From positions 1,472,001-1,536,000 of the forward strand of contig OY759316.1 in the NCBI GenBank assembly GCA_963662275.1: DNA of 64,000 nucleotides, written 5' to 3'. A model generated the notes under the pieces. That model was not told the origin of the DNA and made no database searches. It was given only the letters and a program-made list of their open reading frames with translations. Position numbers and translations under genes: made by a program. Source of the stretch: Candidatus Cloacimonadales bacterium. GTDB taxonomy: Bacteria; Cloacimonadota; Cloacimonadia; Cloacimonadales; DAONDQ01. This document shows positions 48,700 to 57,793 of this stretch, one piece after another (positions within the stretch are counted from its first letter, which is position 1; each line of letters opens with the position of its first letter).

Positions 48700-50628
48700 A
48701 TGAAGAATTTTGACAAGCTTACTAAATTGCTTATTCATGCAGGACTTAATAGTCCCTACTATGCCGATAAGATATCAATAAATCAAGATACTCCCCCTGA
48801 GGCTATAGAATCTTATCTAAATTCAATACCAATTCTTAATAAAAGAGATGTTAGACAAAAAAAGCACAGAATGCTGTCATCTATTGCTGATCTTTCTGAG
48901 ATTAAAAGACTACAAACTACAGGAACTACCGGTGAGCCTCTTGATATATTTGTTGATAAGTCATTTATCAATAATGAAAATCTTCTTTTCGGTAAGCATA
49001 TCACGCGATGTCTTAGAAATTCCGATTGGACTTCAAAAATAACCTATTACCTTCAGCTACATGCTAGTGCAACTTCAAATTGTATGCCTGCAATATGGAA
49101 TCCAAACAGCTACGTCGTGAAATGGAACCTTGCACGAGCCTGGCAAGCGACGGATAATCATTTCCTAGAGTACCTGGACAGAATCAATGATTGTGTTGTA
49201 ACTACAATGCCATCCGTAGCAGATTTATTATGCAGGAGAATTACTGAAGCAAAAGCGATTGGGCGAATAAAACCTTTACTTGTGATTTGTTCTGGTGAAT
49301 CACTCTCAGAAAAAGTAAGAGATAAGATTCAAAGTGCTTTTCAATGTCCTGTTACATCATTATATACAATGACAGAATCTGGAATAGCGGCTTTTGAAAT
49401 AGAAAATGGATTGTATGATGTGGAAAGTGATTCGGTATTTCTTGAAATATTAGATGAGAATGCAAAACGAGTTAATCCTGGTGTAGAAGGAAACATTATT
49501 GTGACCGTCCTGAATAATTTCATCATGCCATTAATCAGGTACCAAACTGGTGATAGAGGTAGTTGGACAGATAACGGGCTATTAAGAATCAGCGAAGGAA
49601 GAATTCCGTACCATTTGATAACAACTTCAGGTGGGACTGTCAATTCAGTAAGATTCGCAAAAATACTGGCATCTTTGAATGTCGAAAAGTATGCTTTTAG
49701 CCAGGATGAGTCGGGCGCTATCACTTTCTCCTATTTTTCGACTGATAACCAATTAGATTCTATGAGTTGCAATGTTATTCAGGCAGCAATTTTAGGTTCA
49801 ATTGGACCGGGTATGAAAGTAATATTTAAGAGGTTAACTGAACCGGAGAAAGTATCGGAATATGATAATCGAAAAGTATCATTAAATCAAATTTCTGTGA
49901 AGTCCGCTGAACAGATTGGACCAAATATTGAGGAAGTTTCGAGTTGGTTAAAGAGTGTTCTTAGTAATGAACCTCAAATATTTTCTGCTGTTCTGACCGG
50001 TTCTTTTTTAGATTTGACTGGTTCAACCCGATATAGTGATATTGACCTAGTTATTTTTGTAGAAGGGAATCCGATAGCTACTCGTTGGTTAATGCTTACA
50101 AAGAAGCTAAAAAAAAGAATTCCTTCAATTTCTGTACATATAGATACCCAGAAAGACTTACATAAACGCTCTCCCATGCTTGCATGTCGTTTGCTACGAG
50201 AACACAGTCAAGTTATAGGGTATCCCATCGAAGATGTTGTGCTATTGCCTGATACAAAACTCATCAAAGAACAAGGTGTTTATCGAAGCCAGGAAGTTCT
50301 TGGGCTTTTACAGTTACAACTGGCAAATGTTGAACAAGATAGATTGAATCCGATTCGTGAAGCATGGATTACACGGAAGTTCCTGATAGATATTTTTCGA
50401 TATAGATATATCCTCCAGGGAGAGCAAGAAACTTCTTTATCTTACATTGTTCAGAAAATGCAAAATGATCCTATCATCAATATTCAGGAACTCAAGTGCA
50501 TTGATAATATGCATCAAACTGCCTGCGAATATATTCCGCCACTCTCAGATTATGAACAAATTTCATCTTGGTATTATGTAGCATTAAAACTTATTAAAGA
50601 TGTTCAATGTGAAATTATGAATAATTGA
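48700..50628 (+). CDS. PaaK/CapK-like adenylate-forming enzyme fused to a pol-beta-type nucleotidyltransferase domain
   Basis: PILNK, TTGTTGEP, SGE, YTMTESG, MPLIRYQTGD, EGR; then LTGS...SDIDLVIFV and a helical C-terminus. Confidence 0.8.
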   Translation: MKNFDKLTKLLIHAGLNSPYYADKISINQDTPPEAIESYLNSIPILNKRDVRQKKHRMLSSIADLSEIKRLQTTGTTGEPLDIFVDKSFINNENLLFGKHITRCLRNSDWTSKITYYLQLHASATSNCMPAIWNPNSYVVKWNLARAWQATDNHFLEYLDRINDCVVTTMPSVADLLCRRITEAKAIGRIKPLLVICSGESLSEKVRDKIQSAFQCPVTSLYTMTESGIAAFEIENGLYDVESDSVFLEILDENAKRVNPGVEGNIIVTVLNNFIMPLIRYQTGDRGSWTDNGLLRISEGRIPYHLITTSGGTVNSVRFAKILASLNVEKYAFSQDESGAITFSYFSTDNQLDSMSCNVIQAAILGSIGPGMKVIFKRLTEPEKVSEYDNRKVSLNQISVKSAEQIGPNIEEVSSWLKSVLSNEPQIFSAVLTGSFLDLTGSTRYSDIDLVIFVEGNPIATRWLMLTKKLKKRIPSISVHIDTQKDLHKRSPMLACRLLREHSQVIGYPIEDVVLLPDTKLIKEQGVYRSQEVLGLLQLQLANVEQDRLNPIREAWITRKFLIDIFRYRYILQGEQETSLSYIVQKMQNDPIINIQELKCIDNMHQTACEYIPPLSDYEQISSWYYVALKLIKDVQCEIMNN

Positions 50629-50925
50629 CTTTTTTGTTTTAAAAGAAGAAAAAAAATAAGATTATGATTAGCTACGAGTCTATGTTTAAATATAACTAAT
50701 CCATCCAAACTCATAATAATTCAAAAAGTGGCATAAATAAATGAGGAAACCACGGCAATAATATGCGAGAAAAACGCAAAAAGACATTTTTATTAATTCT
50801 GTAGATAAGGGGGGCAGGAATAAGAGAGAAATGGTAATAGTTAAGAAGGTGTAGGCTGTGACGGCATGACGGCAATTTTAACAGTTTTTGAGAATAAGAG
50901 AAATTTTAAGAAGAAAAGGGAATTG

Positions 50926-51028
50926 TGCATAAATAAACGAGAAATTTAAGGGCTATTTACTGCATAAATAAACGAGAAATTTAAGGGCTATTTACTGCAT
51001 AAATAAACGAGAAATTTAAGGGCTATTT
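50926..51028. repeat. 35-bp tandem repeat x3
   Basis: TGCATAAATAAACGAGAAATTTAAGGGCTATTTAC at 50926, 50961 and 50996. Confidence 0.95.
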
Positions 51029-51454
51029 TTGTGAAAGTACGATATACAAGACAATGGATAATACTATTATAATATCAAATTGAATCCACATAGTATCAGA
51101 AATACGATTTATAGCTTTGGTTTGTTGAGCATTCATATATAAAGCAAATTCACGATCGGTCATTTTACTAATGTCGGGAGCTTGGTATCCTGGAACTGTG
51201 ATGTTTTCAAGCTTGTTATCTCTACCTGCAGCAATTAACCCAGCTTTGACATCTACACCATTATCATCCAGGAGAGTAGCAACCTGGTTCTTATAAATCA
51301 CCACCATTCCCTTATCTGTATTAACAACAAAACTCCTGGCATCATTTGATTTGATGGTTCCTGTGATAATGCGTCCATCTGTGGTGGTAAAGACAAGAGC
51401 ATTGGATATAACAACGAATGTGAACAGGATAAAGATTGAAATAAGCTTCTTCAT
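51023..51454 (-). CDS. Exported protein with C-terminal TM, likely co-transcribed with the repressor
   Basis: Signal peptide, SD GGAGG, 9 nt downstream of the repressor stop. Confidence 0.75.
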   Translation of the reverse strand: MKKLISIFILFTFVVISNALVFTTTDGRIITGTIKSNDARSFVVNTDKGMVVIYKNQVATLLDDNGVDVKAGLIAAGRDNKLENITVPGYQAPDISKMTDREFALYMNAQQTKAINRISDTMWIQFDIIIVLSIVLYIVLSQK

Positions 51455-51463
51455 GATTTCCTC

Positions 51464-52135
51464 CTAATAGCGCCTAAAACAGAACATGAGAACACCGATA
51501 ATTTCGATGTCCCGGGTTTCTTCCCAATGAAATACAATGGGATCGTAGCATTGATTGATAGGGATCAGCAAAGTGGTTTCGCATTTATGGTTATAGATTA
51601 GTCTCTTCAAGGTAATACCACCATCCACCCGGAAGGCACAAATCTTATGGTCCAGAGCCAGCCTGTCAAAGTCACTATTGATGAGGATGATATCCCTATG
51701 CATAATCTCCGGTTCCATGCTGGACCCATGCACTCTAAAACAGATGATCTTATCTGGATGTGGGATCAATGACTTCTCCAGGGTAATGTGCATTAGGGGT
51801 TCCTGGTTGTTATATATTTCAATGGGCGGACCCGCGGCTATCTCCCCCACAACCGGAATACTAATAGTACGCGCGCGAGGGGATGGAAGATTTAAGATTG
51901 AAGATTGAATATCTTGGGGATCGGAAAGGAACATGGAGCCTTCCCCGGTGAGAAGCCAGTTGATATTGACGTTATAGACTTTTGACAGGGATTTAAGAAA
52001 ATCGGATTCAGGGGTTGTTTTATCATTAATATATCGACTGATAGCAGCTTGGGTATAGCCTAAAGCTTGCGAAAAATCAACTTGATTCAAATTATTTTCA
52101 AGACGTATCTTATTGATACGCTTACCAATGCACAT
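51464..52135 (-). CDS. CI-like phage repressor (XRE HTH plus S24 peptidase)
   Basis: LNQVDFSQALG.TQAAISRY, NINWLLTGEG, IAAG cleavage site, GSSMEP, TLKRL. Confidence 0.92.
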   Translation of the reverse strand: MCIGKRINKIRLENNLNQVDFSQALGYTQAAISRYINDKTTPESDFLKSLSKVYNVNINWLLTGEGSMFLSDPQDIQSSILNLPSPRARTISIPVVGEIAAGPPIEIYNNQEPLMHITLEKSLIPHPDKIICFRVHGSSMEPEIMHRDIILINSDFDRLALDHKICAFRVDGGITLKRLIYNHKCETTLLIPINQCYDPIVFHWEETRDIEIIGVLMFCFRRY

Positions 52136-52151
52136 CTTTAACCCCTTTTTA

Positions 52152-52203
52152 TATACAGTTCAGTATATTTAATTATTGACATATATACTGAGCTGTATAA
52201 AGT
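52152..52203. promoter_or_regulatory. Divergent promoter/operator region
   Basis: Inverted 17-mers TATACAGTTCAGTATAT (52152) and ATATACTGAGCTGTATA (52183) flank TTGACA (52176). Confidence 0.7.
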
Positions 52204-52266
52204 CTGTCTTATGTATGACGTGAAGGCAGTAATAAGTCAAGGAAAATTTATAAAGTGAGGTTTACT

Positions 52267-52512
52267 ATGGAGATAAAGAAAACGTACACACGAGAGCAAA
52301 TCAAGGCAGCAATGGCGTTGAAGCGATTAAACGTCTATAAATTGGCTGCTAAACTTCAATTAAGCAGCAGGCAGACCAACAGATTGATTTCCTGCAACAA
52401 CAATCAAGTATCTGAACGTAGTAATGATCAAATGATAGAGGCTCTACAGCCTCATTTGGAAGCGATCGCCAAATTAGAAGCTAAATTAGCTAAGAAGGAG
52501 AGAGTAGCATGA
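52267..52512 (+). CDS. Ner/Cro-like small HTH protein
   Basis: EQIKAAMALKRLNVYKLAAKLQLS; divergent from the repressor; ATG after GAGGT. Confidence 0.65.
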   Translation: MEIKKTYTREQIKAAMALKRLNVYKLAAKLQLSSRQTNRLISCNNNQVSERSNDQMIEALQPHLEAIAKLEAKLAKKERVA

Positions 52513-53282
52513 TTCAGCGATATACTAATAAGCAATTGCAGGTTTCACTTGGGATCAGCAGACAGGCAGTGGATAAACGTGCTCTCAAGGAAGGCTGGAA
52601 GTCAGAAATCGTTTATGAACGTGGTACGCACAATAAATATTATTGGGTGGACCTGCAAAGCAACCAAAGCAACCAAAGCAACCAAAGCAACCAAAGCAAC
52701 CAAAGCAACCAAAGCAACCAAAGCAACCAAAGCAACCAAAGCAACCAAAGCAACCAAAGCAACCAAAGCAACCAAAGCAACCAAAGCAACCAAAGCAACC
52801 AAAGCAACCAAAGCAACCAAAGCAACCAAAGCAACCAAAGCAACCAAAGCAACCAAAGCAACCAAAGCAACCAGTTGACTCCCGAAGAGCGGGCGGAGCT
52901 AGATGCAATCAATGTTGTACTGCGTAAGAGGGTATGGTGGAAGCCATTTAAGAACGAAAAAGGACTATATCCATACCGATTGAATGATGGACCTGTGGTT
53001 TTGGCGACTTTTAGCACAATGGAATCGTTCAAAGACTATTTTGGACCCAATGACAAAGTAAAGTTTTTAGTCGATAATGAATATCAGGAAATCAAGATGA
53101 TCCGCTTTGATATGCCTGATATTATGGTGAGTTTAGAGCCGATGGATATGACCAACACCGAGGAACTGGAGACCTTCCTGGCTATCGGCTTGGAAAACTG
53201 TTTGATATGGATGGATGAGGAAGCAGGAAGCAACCTGAAGGATGCTACTACCGATGCTACAACCAAGAGGGAGGAATCATGA
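52509..53282 (+). CDS. Mu-type DNA-binding domain protein with a (QSN)24 tract
   Basis: LGISRQAVDKRALKEGW resembles a Mu HTH. Confidence 0.65.
   Translation: MIQRYTNKQLQVSLGISRQAVDKRALKEGWKSEIVYERGTHNKYYWVDLQSNQSNQSNQSNQSNQSNQSNQSNQSNQSNQSNQSNQSNQSNQSNQSNQSNQSNQSNQSNQSNQSNQSNQSNQLTPEERAELDAINVVLRKRVWWKPFKNEKGLYPYRLNDGPVVLATFSTMESFKDYFGPNDKVKFLVDNEYQEIKMIRFDMPDIMVSLEPMDMTNTEELETFLAIGLENCLIWMDEEAGSNLKDATTDATTKREES
52656..52871 (+). repeat. Perfect 9-bp microsatellite (CAAAGCAAC) x24, in frame
   Basis: 216 bp / 9 = 24 copies. Confidence 0.95.
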
Positions 53283-54058
53283 TTTATAGCTTAATTGGTT
53301 GGATTTTAGCGGTCATCTTCTTTTGTCGGATGATCTGGAGCGAGATGCACTTTTGCAAGCGTTATGATCAGATGATCCTGGGTCGTGAAATCGACAAGCG
53401 GAAGTATGAAGCTGATCTGAAAGGGAAAGAAACGGAGATGGCAGAGATTAGAACGCATCTTTTCAACGCAGAAAGAATGCTGGATGATTTCCGGGCGGGG
53501 ATTACGTACCAGGTACCGGAGTTCATGAAAGAAGATGTTAACCACGGAACAGTCGAAAGCAGAGCAGAGGAAATATCTGATGATGAGCCAATAGGAGTTG
53601 ATGAAGGGTGTGAGGTATTTCACATCAGTCCCAAGAATCCATTACCACGTGGGCATGAATTAGAAAGAGCTTATGAAAAACCTACATATGAAGAATTAGG
53701 TGATATCAACATATATGGGATTTCTGGAAAGTTACTTATGTTCATCGAAGCGCACGAGGAAACAGCACTGGAATTGATTGATCAGTATTCTATCACTCTC
53801 GAGAGATCTGAATGGTTTGAAATAGACAGCAGTCTGCAGACCGACATCATCCATAAGATACTATTTGCAACGGCTGCGACATCCACACACGAAGCACCAC
53901 ACCTGATGACTATATCATTACCAATCCATGAATGGAGACAAATCAAAGACGAACTGAATATAAAAAATCCGCTCAGTCCGCAGGATACGCACATTACGCA
54001 GAGTCCGCAGACTATTGACCCGTCATTAGATACAATGCATATAGAAGCACAGGCTTAA
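53279..54058 (+). CDS. Phage hypothetical protein (N-terminal TM, coiled coil)
   Basis: GGAGG SD, ATGA coupling. Confidence 0.6.
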   Translation: MIYSLIGWILAVIFFCRMIWSEMHFCKRYDQMILGREIDKRKYEADLKGKETEMAEIRTHLFNAERMLDDFRAGITYQVPEFMKEDVNHGTVESRAEEISDDEPIGVDEGCEVFHISPKNPLPRGHELERAYEKPTYEELGDINIYGISGKLLMFIEAHEETALELIDQYSITLERSEWFEIDSSLQTDIIHKILFATAATSTHEAPHLMTISLPIHEWRQIKDELNIKNPLSPQDTHITQSPQTIDPSLDTMHIEAQA

Positions 54059-54163
54059 GGCTTATGGCTGCCCTCTCTTCAGTAGGATCGGCATCCTACT
54101 CCACACTGAGGGCAGAGATAAGATTTAAGAGTGAAGAATTAAGAGATAAGAATTGGAGAGAAG

Positions 54164-55135
54164 ATGATGCAAACTGAATATGGAGTTTCGATATTAGCTG
54201 ACAGCATGCAATATATGCAGACCATTGAAGATAATAGCATAGATTGTATTATGACAGATCCTCCATATGGCATATTAGGTAAAGACAACCTTATAGAAAC
54301 CAATATAGATACTGACGTATTCTTCAAATATGCATATCGGATTCTAAAAGATGATACATTTATAGCTTTCTTTGGGCAATATCCGACTCTACCAAGATGG
54401 ACTCGATCGGCGGAAGATGCAGGATTTAAATACGTTGATCATATAGCCTGGATAAAGCGTATTCCCAGCGGTGGAATACAGCCTTTATCGAGAGCACATG
54501 AAAGCTTTATGATATATAAGAAAGGGAAACCAAGCTATATTAAGACTAAAGGTAAATATGAAGATGTGAAAGTCCCTGGTGTAATGTTTGATACAGTTAC
54601 CCTTGAAGGTATTTCACGTTATATTGATAGCTTGTGGAGAAAGAAACAAGGAATTTCAACAGAAATACGCAGAGGTAGTGAAAAGACAAATTGGCATAGC
54701 ATAATAAACAGTTGTCCATCTTCGGATAGATGTCCAAGAGAATGTAATTATACTAATGTATGGTCATTTTTGAGTCATAATCAGCAAAATAGAGGTTCAA
54801 AGAATTCGAAGAAGTTAAAAGGCTTTGGGCATCCAACGATAAAACCAATACAATTTTTAGAAAGAGCTATTTGCTTATTATCAAAACCAGGTGATACAAT
54901 CCTAGATCCCTTTTCGGGTACCGGAACTACAGCAATAGCATGTATAAAAAACGAGCGCAATTATATAAATATCGAGATCATTCAAGAGTTTCACGAACTG
55001 AGTTTAGAACGCATAATTGATGAAATAGCAATAAAAAACGAACAATTTGATTTTAAAGGCTACGTTACCTCCACATCAGAACTCCAGGAAGGGGGAGAAG
55101 TCGACAGCTCCCCCGCTATTTTTACGGAAAATTGA
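54164..55135 (+). CDS. N6-adenine/N4-cytosine DNA methyltransferase (beta class)
   Basis: TDPPY, HPTIKP, ILDPFSGTGTT. Confidence 0.92.
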   Translation: MMQTEYGVSILADSMQYMQTIEDNSIDCIMTDPPYGILGKDNLIETNIDTDVFFKYAYRILKDDTFIAFFGQYPTLPRWTRSAEDAGFKYVDHIAWIKRIPSGGIQPLSRAHESFMIYKKGKPSYIKTKGKYEDVKVPGVMFDTVTLEGISRYIDSLWRKKQGISTEIRRGSEKTNWHSIINSCPSSDRCPRECNYTNVWSFLSHNQQNRGSKNSKKLKGFGHPTIKPIQFLERAICLLSKPGDTILDPFSGTGTTAIACIKNERNYINIEIIQEFHELSLERIIDEIAIKNEQFDFKGYVTSTSELQEGGEVDSSPAIFTEN

Positions 55136-55157
55136 TGTGGAATAAAAGGAAATTCTG

Positions 55158-55451
55158 ATGATAGTTTCACAAGTAATTAAAGAGCGGATAACCCTATATG
55201 TCTTGAAAAGTACGACATGGGAAGATGCTCCCCTGCAAGTTGAAATCAAAGGGAATGTGTCAGAACTGACTAAGCTGAGAAATATGATCGACTGTGCTAT
55301 CAGCTATGTTGCCGGCAAAACCAACGGCTTTGATGAAGATGATATTGATACACTGCACTTTACCGTGGAAGCCTATTCAGATGATAAGAAGCTGCGTGAG
55401 AAAATTGATAAAGGACCATCGCCAGAGAATCCTTTTGGATGTGGAAAATGA
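55158..55451 (+). CDS. Phage hypothetical protein
   Basis: SD AAAGGA; overlaps the transposase start. Confidence 0.6.
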   Translation: MIVSQVIKERITLYVLKSTTWEDAPLQVEIKGNVSELTKLRNMIDCAISYVAGKTNGFDEDDIDTLHFTVEAYSDDKKLREKIDKGPSPENPFGCGK

Positions 55452-57793
55452 GCTGGCTCAGTGTAAAAGACTTTGCTGCTATGATGGGGATATCCCGCCA
55501 GGCGGTGCTGAAAGGAATTGCGAAAGAGAAATATACGACCAGGGAAGTAACTGGTAGAAATCAGCATGGTGTTAGTTATGAGATACTGCATGAAAAAGAG
55601 AGAAAAAGCGACAACCAAATCATAGAAGCGACAACCGACAACCGACAACCGACAACCAAAAGCGACAACCAACAGGTTGGAATCGGCGTTATGAGCGGAG
55701 AAGGCAGCGACAACCTGGCAGAAGGGAATAGGGAGAAGGGAGTAGGGAATAGTTCGGAACAGATAGACCCCCCTACCCCCCTTGCCAAGGGGGGATTATC
55801 TGATTTACCCGCTGACACTTCGACTGCGCTCAGTGCAAGCGTGGGCGCTACAGACGGTAAGCTAAAGCATACCACTGCCGAAACGAGGCTACTTGAGAAG
55901 GAACAGAAGCTATTTGACGCTCATGAGACGGTGGAAAAGGAAAGGGCGTGGAGTCGGAAAGAGATCGTGGAGATCTACCGGAATGAACGTCTGGATGTGA
56001 AGTTTGAGGGCGTGAGCCTTGCAGCTATCGATGATCTTTTCCAAAAAGCGCTGGATAATGGTGAAATCTGCAAAAAGCAAATGCTGATCCTGGGCGTTCA
56101 GGTTCTTTCATTGAAAACTATCAAAAAATGGGATAAAAAGCTGAGAGATGGCAAAGATGCAAAATATCCGTTGTGCCTGATCGATCAGAAGAAGAATAAG
56201 AGCGGACGGAAGCCTTTGGAAGTATCTCCTGAGCTGAAAAGAGATATAGAATTGATGGCACTTTCCACACATGGGCTGGACGGTTCCACAATTTTCAGGG
56301 CTATTCAGAGTAAGGCAGATGCAGGTTTATATGTAAATCCCTATCAGCCCAGGACTGTGCTTCTGAAAGTTCAGGAATATCGCAATGACAGATACCTGGC
56401 TAATATGGCAGCCGGTGCCAAGAAGTTCAAAAATGGTTCAAAACCGCACATTTGGCGCAAAGCAGATGCCTATCCCCGTGATATTTGGGAAAGTGATGGT
56501 CACCGGTTCAATGCGTTCGTACAATCGCCGTTCTGGTTTCACAATAATCAGAGTTTCAGGCTTCTAGTGAGACCAATGGTCATTATGTTTCTTGATAGGT
56601 GTACCGGATTGATCGCTGCTCATCGCGTTTTTATTAGTGAGAACTTTCATATTGTTAAGACTACCTTTGCTGATGGTGTGAGCAAATGGGGCGTTCCCAA
56701 AGTTGTCATGACAGACAAGGGCGGCGGATACGATAATATCTATACACGTCCGGGATATTATGCCGGACAGAAACGAGTCAATGAGACCGTAAAACGTGCA
56801 CGTGAACTATTTGATAACGGCTATCCGGGGTTCTTCCAGAGTTACGGAGTGGATAGACAGATCATCTGCATCCCAGGGAACCCGGAATCAAAGTCGATTG
56901 AACCGATTTGGAAGCATGTATTCAGTGAATTTGAAAAGAGTCTTTGGGCATATACCGGAGGCTGCATCGATGAACGCCCGGAATACATGCAAATGACAGC
57001 TAAGGCACTGTTTAAGAAATACGGCGATCATATTCCTACCTGGGAGACGTTCTGCGGTCTTGTGGATGCCTGGGTAAATGAATGGAACAATAAGACGCGT
57101 CCTTCGCTCGTGAGCGCTAACGGCAAGATGTTTTCACCTGCAGAGATGTATCGTGAATTCATGGCAATGGATGAAGTGATCATCCCATCTTATGAACAAA
57201 TCATCAGATTATCCTACTTTCCAGTGAAGCGCGTGATCCAGCGTGACGGTATCGAACTGAACGGACTGATCTACCGGCATCCTCAATTTGCCAGCTACCA
57301 GGGCTATCAGATGGAAGTGGAATACGATGAAAACGATATCTACCAGATCTACGTAGCAACCATGAAAGGTGAGAAGTGGGCTTCCAGCGCTAAGCTGATG
57401 ATACCAGGTAGCCTGATCGATCAGGAACAATCTTCATTAGCAATCGCTTCAAGGGCACATTATATGAAGGAAATGGAAGCTGCCTACCTGCAGAGACGGG
57501 AAGCTCACCAACGTAATGAAGCTGAATATCAGAAGTACTTAGCAGGGAGACCGTCTGAAGGCGGTGCTACGCTAAACGAGATCGTACATGATCAAAGCAT
57601 TATCCAGGATGATATCAAGCTAATTGGGATAAGTGATCATATTCGGACGCAACGGCAACCTAAAGGATGCCACCACCGGGATGGCAGGGATCTGGCAGAG
57701 GTGCAGCCGGAGTGGAATGCCCTCGTGGAAGAAGCAATTGCAGAAGGGAACAGGGAACAGGGAACAGGGAACAGGGAACAGGGAACAGCTTAG
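55448..57793 (+). CDS. MuA-like DDE transposase
   Basis: N-terminal HTH (WLSVKDFAAMMGISRQAV), WESDGH, MTDKGGGY, PGNPESKSIEPIW, RVIQRDGIELNGLIY. Confidence 0.88.
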   Translation: MSWLSVKDFAAMMGISRQAVLKGIAKEKYTTREVTGRNQHGVSYEILHEKERKSDNQIIEATTDNRQPTTKSDNQQVGIGVMSGEGSDNLAEGNREKGVGNSSEQIDPPTPLAKGGLSDLPADTSTALSASVGATDGKLKHTTAETRLLEKEQKLFDAHETVEKERAWSRKEIVEIYRNERLDVKFEGVSLAAIDDLFQKALDNGEICKKQMLILGVQVLSLKTIKKWDKKLRDGKDAKYPLCLIDQKKNKSGRKPLEVSPELKRDIELMALSTHGLDGSTIFRAIQSKADAGLYVNPYQPRTVLLKVQEYRNDRYLANMAAGAKKFKNGSKPHIWRKADAYPRDIWESDGHRFNAFVQSPFWFHNNQSFRLLVRPMVIMFLDRCTGLIAAHRVFISENFHIVKTTFADGVSKWGVPKVVMTDKGGGYDNIYTRPGYYAGQKRVNETVKRARELFDNGYPGFFQSYGVDRQIICIPGNPESKSIEPIWKHVFSEFEKSLWAYTGGCIDERPEYMQMTAKALFKKYGDHIPTWETFCGLVDAWVNEWNNKTRPSLVSANGKMFSPAEMYREFMAMDEVIIPSYEQIIRLSYFPVKRVIQRDGIELNGLIYRHPQFASYQGYQMEVEYDENDIYQIYVATMKGEKWASSAKLMIPGSLIDQEQSSLAIASRAHYMKEMEAAYLQRREAHQRNEAEYQKYLAGRPSEGGATLNEIVHDQSIIQDDIKLIGISDHIRTQRQPKGCHHRDGRDLAEVQPEWNALVEEAIAEGNREQGTGNREQGTA
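57746..57787 (+). repeat. Perfect heptamer (GGGAACA) x6 at the 3' end of the transposase
   Basis: Read directly from the sequence. Confidence 0.95.

Noticed and set aside
48700..50628. Ordinary phenylacetate-CoA ligase (paaK)
   Set aside because: Extra NTase domain, divergent motifs and no catabolic gene context
50926..51028. Mini-CRISPR
   Set aside because: Contiguous 35-bp tandem copies with no spacers
52549..53032. Alternative-frame ORFs (KAT)n, (GCF)n, (VAL)n, (LLW)n, (QPK)n
   Set aside because: Products of the stop-free 9-bp repeat
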